Source: Lytechinus pictus
Lineage: Eukaryota
Reading direction: 5' to 3'
NCBI RefSeq assembly: GCF_037042905.1
Contig: NC_087251.1
Coordinates: 29,452,001 to 29,516,000 of the forward strand
DNA length: 64,000 nucleotides
Position 1 is the stretch's first letter; every line of letters begins with the position of its first letter. Below the pieces are notes generated by a model. The model did no database searches. It saw only the letters and a program-made list of their open reading frames with translations, and was not told the origin of the DNA. Shown here in pieces: positions 53,401 to 64,000 of this stretch. The position numbers and the translations under genes are program-made.

Positions 53401-56400
53401 TATTACAGCGAGAATCAAAAGGATCCAGGGAGTTTGAATTTTCGACCCCCTTGCCCCACCCGCGACATGGAAAATTGGGCAAAACTGAGCAAAATAATAT
53501 TTGTTCAATATTTCCCCCTAAACCCCCCCAAATCAGCCGTCCTCGCTTCCTGGGATGATTTAGCATCCTAACTGATTATTACAGCGAGAATCAAGAGGAT
53601 CCAGGGAGTTTGAATTTTCGACCCCCTCGCCCCACCCGCGACATGAAAAATTGGGCAAAATTGGCCAAAATTGAGCAAAATAATATTTGTTCAATATTTC
53701 CCCCGAAACCCCCCCAAATCAGCCGTCTTCGCTCCTTGGGATGTTTTAGCATCCTAACCGATTATTACAGCGAGAATCAAGAGGATCCAGGGAGTTTGAA
53801 TTTTCGACCCCCTCGCCCCACCCGCGACATGGAAAATTGGACAAAATTGGCCAAAATTGAGCAAAATAATATTTGTTCAACATTTCCCCCGAAACCCCCC
53901 CAAATCAGCCTTCTTCGCTCCCTTGGATGTTTTAGCATCCTAACCGATTATTCCAGCGAGAATCAAGAGGATCCAGGGAGTTTGAATTTTCGACCCCCTC
54001 GCCCCACCCGCGACATGGAAAATTGGGCAAAATTGGCCAAAATTGAGCAAAATAATATTTGTTCAATATTTCCCCCGAAACCCCCCAAAATCAGCCGTCT
54101 TTGCTCCCTGGGATGTTTTAGCATCCTAACCGATTATTACAGCGAGAATCAAAAGGATCCAGGGAGTTTGAATTTTCGACCCCCTTACCCCACCCATGAC
54201 ATGGAAAATTGGGCAAAATTGGGCAAAATTGGGCAAAACTGAGCAAAATAATATTTGTTCAATATTTCCCCCTAAACCCCCCCAAATCAGCCGTCCTCGC
54301 TTCCTGGGATGTTTTAGCATCCTAACTGATTATTACAGCGAGAATCAAGAGGATCCAGGGAGTTTGAATTTTCGACCCCCTCGCCCCACCCGCGACATGA
54401 AAAATTGGGCAAAATTGAGCAAAATAATATTTGTTCAATATTTCCCCCGAAACCCCCCCAAATCAGCCGTCTTCGCTCCTTGGGATGTTTTAGCATCCTA
54501 ACCGATTATTACAGCGAGAATCAAGAGGATCCAGGGAGTTTGAATTTTCGACCCCCTCGCCCCACCCGCGACATGGAAAATTGGGCAAAATTGGCCAAAA
54601 TTGAGCAAAATAATATTTGTTCAATATTTCCCCCGAAACCCCCCAAAATCAGCCGTCTTTGCTCCCTGGGATGTTTTAGCATCCTAACCGATTATTACAG
54701 TGAGAATCAAAAGGATCCAGGGAGTTTGAATTTTCGACCCCCTTGCCCCACCCGCGACATGGAAAATTGGGCAAAATTGGGCAAAACTGAGCAAAATAAT
54801 ATTTGTTCAATATTTCCCCCTAAACCCCCCCAAATCAGCCGTCCTCGCTTCCTGGGATGTTTTAGCATCCTAACTGATTATTACAGCGAGAATCAAGAGG
54901 ATCCAGGGAGTTTGAATTTTCGACCCCCTCGCCCCACCCGCGACATAAAAATTGGGCAAAATTGGGCAAAATTGAGCAAAATAATATTTGTTCAACATTT
55001 CCCCCGAAACCCCCCCAAATCAGCCGTCTTCGCTCCCTTGGATGTTTTAGCATCCTAACCGATTATTACAGCGAGAATCAAGAGGATCCAGGGAGTTTGA
55101 ATTTTCGACCCCCTCGCCCCACCCGCGACATGGAAAATTGGGCAAAATTGGCCAAAATTGAGCAAAATAATATTTGTTCAATATTTCCCCCGAAACCCCC
55201 CAAAATCAGCCGTCTTTGCTCCCTGGGATGTTTTAGCATCCTAACCGATTATTACAGCGAGAATCAAAAGGATCCAGGGAGTTTGAATTTTCGACCCCCT
55301 TGCCCCACCCGCGACATGGAAAATTGGGCAAAATTGGGCAAAACTGAGCAAAATAATATTTGTTCAATATTTCCCCCTAAACCCCCCCAAATCAGCCGTC
55401 CTCGCTTCTATGGATGTTTTAGCATCCTAACTGATTATTACAGCGAGAATCAAGAGGATCCAGGGAGTTTGAATTTTCGACCCCCTCGCCCCACCCGCGA
55501 CATGAAAAATTGGGCAAAATTGGCCAAAATTGAGCAAAATAATATTTGTTCAATATTTCCCCCGAAACCCCCCCAAATCAGCCGTCTTCGCTCCTTGGGA
55601 TGTTTTAGCATCCTAACCGATTATTACAGCGAGAATCAAGAGGATCCAGGGAGTTTGAATTTTCGACCCCCTCGCCCCACCCGCGACATGGAAAATTGGG
55701 CAAAATTGGCCAAAATTGAGCAAAATAATATTTGTTCAATATTTCCCCCAAAACCCCCCAAAATCAGCCGTCTTTGCTCCCTGGGATGTTTTAGCATCCT
55801 AACCGATTATTACAGCGAGAATCAAGAGGATCCAGGGAGTTTGAATTTTTGACCCCCTTGCCCCACCTGCGACATGGAAAATTGGGCAAAATGGGCCAAA
55901 ACTGAGCAAAATAATATTTGTTCAATATTTCCCCCGAAACCCCCCGAAATCAGCCGTCTTCGCTCCTTGGGATGTTTTAGCATCCTAACCGATTATTACA
56001 GCGAGAATCAAGAGGATCCAGGGAGTTTGAATTTTCGACCCCCTCGCCCCACCCGCGACATGGAAAATTGGCCAAAATTGAGCAAAATAATATTTGTTCA
56101 ATATTTCCCCCGAAACCCCCCAAAATCAGCCGTCTTTGCTCCCTGGGATGTTTTAGCATCCTAACTGATTATTACAGCGAGAATCAAAAGGATCCAGGGA
56201 GTTTGAATTTTCGACCCCCTTGCCCCACCCGCGACATGGAAAATTGGGCAAAATTGGGCAAAACTGAGCAAAATAATATTTGTTCAATATTTCCCCCTAA
56301 ACCCCCCCAAATCAGCCGTCCTCGCTTCCTGGGATGTTTTAGCATCCTAACTGATTATTACAGCGAGAATGAAGAGGATCCAGGGAGTTTGAATTTTCGA

Positions 56401-59400
56401 ACCCCTCGCCCCACCCGCGACATGGAAGATTGGGCAAAATTGGCCAAAATTGAGCAAAATAATATTTGTTCAATATTTCCCCCGAAACCCCCCAAAATCA
56501 GCCGTCTTTGCTCCCTGGGATGTTTTAGCATCCTAACCGATTATTACAGCGAGAATCAAAAGGATCCAGGGAGTTTGAATTTTCGACCCCCTTGCCCCAC
56601 CCGCGACATGGAAAATTGGGCAAAACTGAGCAAAATAATATTTGTTCAATATTTCCCCCTAAACCCCCCCAAATCAGCCGTCCTCGCTTCCTGGGATGAT
56701 TTAGCATCCTAACTGATTATTACAGCGAGAATCAAGAGGATCCAGGGAGTTTGAATTTTCGACCCCCTCGCCCCACCCGCGACATGAAAAATTGGGCAAA
56801 ATTGGCCAAAATTGAGCAAAATAATATTTGTTCAATATTTCCCCCGAAACCCCCCCAAATCAGCCGTCTTCGCTCCTTGGGATGTTTTAGCATCCTAACC
56901 GATTATTACAGCGAGAATCAAGAGGATCCAGGGAGTTTGAATTTTCGACCCCCTCGCCCCACCCGCGACATGGAAAATTGGACAAAATTGGCCAAAATTG
57001 AGCAAAATAATATTTGTTCAACATTTCCCCCGAAACCCCCCCAAATCAGCCTTCTTCGCTCCCTTGGATGTTTTAGCATCCTAACCGATTATTCCAGCGA
57101 GAATCAAGAGGATCCAGGGAGTTTGAATTTTCGACCCCCTCGCCCCACCCGCGACATGGAAAATTGGGCAAAATTGGCCAAAATTGAGCAAAATAATATT
57201 TGTTCAATATTTCCCCCGAAACCCCCCAAAATCAGCCGTCTTTGCTCCCTGGGATGTTTTAGCATCCTAACCGATTATTACAGCGAGAATCAAAAGGATC
57301 CAGGGAGTTTGAATTTTCGACCCCCTTACCCCACCCATGACATGGAAAATTGGGCAAAATTGGGCAAAATTGGGCAAAACTGAGCAAAATAATATTTGTT
57401 CAATATTTCCCCCTAAACCCCCCCAAATCAGCCGTCCTCGCTTCCTGGGATGTTTTAGCATCCTAACTGATTATTACAGCGAGAATCAAGAGGATCCAGG
57501 GAGTTTGAATTTTCGACCCCCTCGCCCCACCCGCGACATGAAAAATTGGGCAAAATTGAGCAAAATAATATTTGTTCAATATTTCCCCCGAAACCCCCCC
57601 AAATCAGCCGTCTTCGCTCCTTGGGATGTTTTAGCATCCTAACCGATTATTACAGCGAGAATCAAGAGGATCCAGGGAGTTTGAATTTTCGACCCCCTCG
57701 CCCCACCCGCGACATGGAAAATTGGGCAAAATTGGCCAAAATTGAGCAAAATAATATTTGTTCAATATTTCCCCCGAAACCCCCCAAAATCAGCCGTCTT
57801 TGCTCCCTGGGATGTTTTAGCATCCTAACCGATTATTACAGTGAGAATCAAAAGGATCCAGGGAGTTTGAATTTTCGACCCCCTTGCCCCACCCGCGACA
57901 TGGAAAATTGGGCAAAATTGGGCAAAACTGAGCAAAATAATATTTGTTCAATATTTCCCCCTAAACCCCCCCAAATCAGCCGTCCTCGCTTCCTGGGATG
58001 TTTTAGCATCCTAACTGATTATTACAGCGAGAATCAAGAGGATCCAGGGAGTTTGAATTTTCGACCCCCTCGCCCCACCCGCGACATAAAAATTGGGCAA
58101 AATTGGGCAAAATTGAGCAAAATAATATTTGTTCAACATTTCCCCCGAAACCCCCCCAAATCAGCCGTCTTCGCTCCCTTGGATGTTTTAGCATCCTAAC
58201 CGATTATTACAGCGAGAATCAAGAGGATCCAGGGAGTTTGAATTTTCGACCCCCTCGCCCCACCCGCGACATGGAAAATTGGGCAAAATTGGCCAAAATT
58301 GAGCAAAATAATATTTGTTCAATATTTCCCCCGAAACCCCCCAAAATCAGCCGTCTTTGCTCCCTGGGATGTTTTAGCATCCTAACCGATTATTACAGCG
58401 AGAATCAAAAGGATCCAGGGAGTTTGAATTTTCGACCCCCTTGCCCCACCCGCGACATGGAAAATTGGGCAAAATTGGGCAAAACTGAGCAAAATAATAT
58501 TTGTTCAATATTTCCCCCTAAACCCCCCCAAATCAGCCGTCCTCGCTTCTATGGATGTTTTAGCATCCTAACTGATTATTACAGCGAGAATCAAGAGGAT
58601 CCAGGGAGTTTGAATTTTCGACCCCCTCGCCCCACCCGCGACATGAAAAATTGGGCAAAATTGGCCAAAATTGAGCAAAATAATATTTGTTCAATATTTC
58701 CCCCGAAACCCCCCCAAATCAGCCGTCTTCGCTCCTTGGGATGTTTTAGCATCCTAACCGATTATTACAGCGAGAATCAAGAGGATCCAGGGAGTTTGAA
58801 TTTTCGACCCCCTCGCCCCACCCGCGACATGGAAAATTGGGCAAAATTGGCCAAAATTGAGCAAAATAATATTTGTTCAATATTTCCCCCAAAACCCCCC
58901 AAAATCAGCCGTCTTTGCTCCCTGGGATGTTTTAGCATCCTAACCGATTATTACAGCGAGAATCAAGAGGATCCAGGGAGTTTGAATTTTCGACCCCATT
59001 GCCCCACCTGCGACATGGAAAATTGGGCAAAATTGGCCAAAATTGAGCAAAATAATATTTGTTCAATATTTCCCCCGAAACCCCCCCAAATCAGCCGTCT
59101 TCGCTCCCTGGGATGTTTTAGCATCCTAACCGATTATTACAGTGAGAATCAAGAGAATCAAGAGGATCCAGGGAGTTTGAATTTTCGACCCCCTCGCCCC
59201 ACCCGCGACATGAAAAATTTGGCAAAATTGGCCAAAATTGAGGAAAATGATATTTGTTTCAATATTTCCCCCGAAACCCCCCCAAATCAGCCGTCTTCGC
59301 TCCCTGGGATGTTTAAGCATCCTAACCGATTATTACAGCGAGATTCAAGAGGATCCAGGGAGTTTGAATTTTCGACCCCCTCGCCCCACCCGCGACATAA

Positions 59401-62400
59401 AAATTGGGCAAAATTGGCCAAAATTGAGCAAAATAATATTTGTTCAACATTTCCCCCGAAACCCCCCCAAATCAGCCGTCTTCGCTCCCTTGGATGTTTT
59501 AGCATCCTAACCGATCATTCCAGCGAGAATCAAGAGGATCCAGAGAGTTTGAATTTTCGACCCCCTCGCCCCACCCGCGACATGAAAAATTGGACAAAAT
59601 TGGCCAAAATTGAGCAAAATAATATTTGTTCAATATTTCCCCCGAAACCCCCCCAAATCAGCCATCTTTGCTCCCTGGGATGTTTTAGCATCCTAACCGA
59701 TTATTACAGCGAGAATCAAGAGGATCCAGATGGGTTTGAATTTTCGACCCCCTCGCCCCACCCGCGACATGGAAAATTGGGCAAAATTGGCCAAAATTGA
59801 GCAAAATAAAATTTGTTCAATATTTCCCCCGAAACCCCTCCAATCAGCCGTCTTGGCTCCCTGGGATGTTTTAGCATCCTAACCGATTATTACAGCGAGA
59901 ATCAAGAGGATCCAGGAAGTCTGAATTTTCGACCCCCTCGCCCAACCCTCGACATGGAAAATTGGGCAAAATTGTGCAAAATAATATTTGTTCAATATTT
60001 CCCCCAAAACCCCCCCAAATCAGCCGTCCTCGCTTCCTGGGATGTTTTAGCATCCTAACCGATTATTACAGCGAGAATAAAGAGGATCCAGGGAGTTTGA
60101 ATTTTCGACCCCCTCGCCCCACCCGCGACATGAAAAATTGGGCAAAATTGGCCAAAATTGAGCAAAATAATATTTGTTCAATATTTCCCCCGAAACCCCC
60201 CAAAATCAGCCGTCTTTGCTCCCTGGGATGTTTTAGCATCCTAACCGATTATTACAGTGAGAATCAAAAGGATCCAGGGAGTTTGAATTTTCGACCCCCT
60301 TGCCCCACCCGCGACATGGAAAATTGGGCAAAATTGGGCAAAACTGAGCAAAATAATATTTGTTCAATATTTCCCCCTAAACCCCCCCAAATCAGCCGTC
60401 CTCGCTTCCTGGGATGTTTTAGCATCCTAACTGATTATTACAGCGAGAATCAAGAGGATCCAGGGAGTTTGAATTTTCGACCCCCTCGCCCCACCCGCGA
60501 CATAAAAATTGGGCAAAATTGGGCAAAATTGAGCAAAATAATATTTGTTCAACATTTCCCCCGAAACCCCCCCAAATCAGCCGTCTTCGCTCCCTTGGAT
60601 GTTTTAGCATCCTAACCGATTATTACAGCGAGAATCAAGAGGATCCAGGGAGTTTGAATTTTCGACCCCCTCGCCCCACCCGCGACATGGAAAATTGGGC
60701 AAAATTGGCCAAAATTGAGCAAAATAATATTTGTTCAATATTTCCCCCGAAACCCCCCAAAATCAGCCGTCTTTGCTCCCTGGGATGTTTTAGCATCCTA
60801 ACCGATTATTACAGCGAGAATCAAAAGGATCCAGGGAGTTTGAATTTTCGACCCCCTTGCCCCACCCGCGACATGGAAAATTGGGCAAAATTGGGCAAAA
60901 CTGAGCAAAATAATATTTGTTCAATATTTCCCCCTAAACCCCCCCAAATCAGCCGTCCTCGCTTCTATGGATGTTTTAGCATCCTAACTGATTATTACAG
61001 CGAGAATCAAGAGGATCCAGGGAGTTTGAATTTTCGACCCCCTCGCCCCACCCGCGACATGAAAAATTGGGCAAAATTGGCCAAAATTGAGCAAAATAAT
61101 ATTTGTTCAATATTTCCCCCGAAACCCCCCCAAATCAGCCGTCTTCGCTCCTTGGGATGTTTTAGCATCCTAACCGATTATTACAGCGAGAATCAAGAGG
61201 ATCCAGGGAGTTTGAATTTTCGACCCCCTCGCCCCACCCGCGACATGGAAAATTGGGCAAAATTGGCCAAAATTGAGCAAAATAATATTTGTTCAATATT
61301 TCCCCCAAAACCCCCCAAAATCAGCCGTCTTTGCTCCCTGGGATGTTTTAGCATCCTAACCGATTATTACAGCGAGAATCAAGAGGATCCAGGGAGTTTG
61401 AATTTTCGACCCCATTGCCCCACCTGCGACATGGAAAATTGGGCAAAATTGGCCAAAATTGAGCAAAATAATATTTGTTCAATATTTCCCCCGAAACCCC
61501 CCCAAATCAGCCGTCTTCGCTCCCTGGGATGTTTTAGCATCCTAACCGATTATTACAGTGAGAATCAAGAGAATCAAGAGGATCCAGGGAGTTTGAATTT
61601 TCGACCCCCTCGCCCCACCCGCGACATGAAAAATTTGGCAAAATTGGCCAAAATTGAGGAAAATGATATTTGTTTCAATATTTCCCCCGAAACCCCCCCA
61701 AATCAGCCGTCTTCGCTCCCTGGGATGTTTAAGCATCCTAACCGATTATTACAGCGAGATTCAAGAGGATCCAGGGAGTTTGAATTTTCGACCCCCTCGC
61801 CCCACCCGCGACATAAAAATTGGGCAAAATTGGCCAAAATTGAGCAAAATAATATTTGTTCAACATTTCCCCCGAAACCCCCCCAAATCAGCCGTCTTCG
61901 CTCCCTTGGATGTTTTAGCATCCTAACCGATCATTCCAGCGAGAATCAAGAGGATCCAGAGAGTTTGAATTTTCGACCCCCTCGCCCCACCCGCGACATG
62001 AAAAATTGGACAAAATTGGCCAAAATTGAGCAAAATAATATTTGTTCAATATTTCCCCCGAAACCCCCCCAAATCAGCCATCTTTGCTCCCTGGGATGTT
62101 TTAGCATCCTAACCGATTATTACAGCGAGAATCAAGAGGATCCAGATGGGTTTGAATTTTCGACCCCCTCGCCCCACCCGCGACATGGAAAATTGGGCAA
62201 AATTGGCCAAAATTGAGCAAAATAAAATTTGTTCAATATTTCCCCCGAAACCCCTCCAATCAGCCGTCTTGGCTCCCTGGGATGTTTTAGCATCCTAACC
62301 GATTATTACAGCGAGAATCAAGAGGATCCAGGAAGTCTGAATTTTCGACCCCCTCGCCCAACCCTCGACATGGAAAATTGGGCAAAATTGTGCAAAATAA

Positions 62401-64000
62401 TATTTGTTCAATATTTCCCCCAAAACCCCCCCAAATCAGCCGTCCTCGCTTCCTGGGATGTTTTAGCATCCTAACCGATTATTACAGCGAGAATAAAGAG
62501 GATCCAGGGAGTTTGAATTTTCGACCCCCTCGCCCCACCCGCGACATGAAAAATTGGGCAAAATTGGCCAAAATTGAGCAAAATAATATTTGTTCAAAAT
62601 TTCCCCAGAAACCCCCCCCCCCCCAAATCAGCCGTCTTCGCTCCTTGGGATGTTTTAGCATCCTAACCGATTATTACAGCGAGAATCAAGAGGATCCAGG
62701 GAGTTTGAATTTTCGACCCCCTCGCCCCACCCGCGACATGGAAAATTGGGCAAAATTGGCCAAAATTGAGGAAAATAATATTTGTTCAATATTTCCCCCG
62801 AAACCCCCCAAAATCAGCCGTCTTCGCTCCTTGGGATGTTTTAGCATCCTAACCGATTATTACAGCGAGAATCAAGAGGATCCAGGGAGTTTGAATTTTC
62901 GACCCCCTCGCCCCACCCGCGACATGGAAAATTGGGCAAAATTGGCCAAAATTGAGGAAAATAATATTTGTTCAATATTTCCCCAGAAACCCCCCCCCCC
63001 AAATCAGCCGTCTTCGCTCCTTGGGATGTTTTAGCATCCTAACCGATTATTACAGCGAGAATCAAGAGGATCCAGGGAGTTTGAATTTTCGACCCCCTCG
63101 CCCCACCCGCGACATAGAAAATTGGCCAAAATTGGCCAAAATTGAGGAAAATAATATTTGTTCAATATTTCCCCCGAAACCCCCCAAAATCAGCCGTCTT
63201 CGCTCCCTGGGATGTTTCAGCATCCTAACCGATTATTACAGCGAGATTCAAGAGGATCAAGGGAGTTTGAATTTTCGACCCCCTTACCCCACCCATGACA
63301 TGGAAAATTGGGCAAAATTGGGCAAAATTGGGCAAAACTGAGCAAAATAATATTTGTTCAATATTTCCCCCTAAACCCCCCCAAATCAGCCGTCCTCGCT
63401 TCCTGGGATGTTTTAGCATCCTAACTGATTATTACAGCGAGAATCAAGAGGATCCAGGGAGTTTGAATTTTCGACCCCCTCGCCCCACCCGCGACATGGA
63501 AAATTGGGCAAAATTGGCCAAAATTGAGCAAAATAATATTTGTTCAATATTTCCCCCGAAACCCCCCAAAATCAGCCGTCTTTGCTCCCTGGGATGTTTT
63601 AGCATCCTAACCGATTATTACAGTGAGAATCAAAAGGATCCAGGGAGTTTGAATTTTCGACCCCCTTGCCCCACCCGCGACATGTAAAATTGGGCAAAAT
63701 TGGGCAAAACTGAGCAAAATAATATTTGTTCAATATTTCCCCCTAAACCCCCACAAATCAGCCATCCTCGCTTCCTGGGATGTTTTAGCATCCTAACTGA
63801 TTATTACAGCGAGAATCAAGAGGATCCAGGGAGTTTGAATTTTCGACCCCCTCGCCCCACCCGCGACATAAAAATTGGGCAAAATTGGGCAAAATTGAGC
63901 AAAATAATATTTGTTCAACATTTCCCCCGAAACCCCCCCAAATCAGCCGTCTTCGCTCCCTTGGATGTTTTAGCATCCTAACCGATTATTACAGCGAGAA
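20424..64000 (+). repeat. Satellite DNA array, 186-bp monomer, about 235 copies, running past the window end
   Basis: Consensus CAGGGAGTTTGAATTTTCGACCCCCTCGCCCCACCCGCGACATGGAAAATTGGGCAAAATTGGCCAAAATTGAGCAAAATAATATTTGTTCAATATTTCCCCCGAAACCCCCCCAAATCAGCCGTCTTCGCTCCCTGGGATGTTTTAGCATCCTAACCGATTATTACAGCGAGAATCAAGAGGATC. The ORF track shows a 62-codon period. The consensus carries one BamHI site, and length variants arise mainly from +/-10 bp and -1 bp indels. No insertions or inversions seen. Confidence 0.99.

Noticed and set aside
20392..63981. Dozens of long repetitive ORFs on both strands as protein-coding genes
   Set aside because: They are translations of the 186-bp satellite. Frameshifts and stops are frequent and propagated, and no domain or gene structure is recognisable.
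20424..64000. CRISPR-like or repeat-spacer array
   Set aside because: The whole unit repeats. There are no unique spacers and no cas genes.

Overview
Repeat-dominated animal genomic DNA with no convincing intact gene. The repeat repertoire resembles a marine invertebrate such as a sea urchin; this is my impression, not a search result. Bases 1-20.4 kb are a mosaic of nested non-autonomous DNA transposons: TTAA-flanked Kolobok-like MITEs, hAT-like elements with an 8-bp TSD, a TA-flanked Tc1/mariner-like foldback element, CCCAGG-ended EnSpm/CACTA-like elements with internal minisatellites, and Helentron/DINE-1-like (HINE) elements. One HINE family has been tandemly amplified together with flanking DNA into five copies (8.7-16.5 kb). 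From 20424 to the window end lies an uninterrupted satellite array of about 235 copies of a 186-bp monomer (with 176/185/196-bp variants) showing nested higher-order repeats. Nearly all ORFs in the track after 20.4 kb are translation artefacts of this satellite. The most notable spot is the array edge: an orphan monomer in exact register with the array start, a TTAA|CCCT piggyBac-like end 9 bp before the array, and a CTCF-like motif about 100 bp upstream. I found no evidence of a novel protein-coding system.
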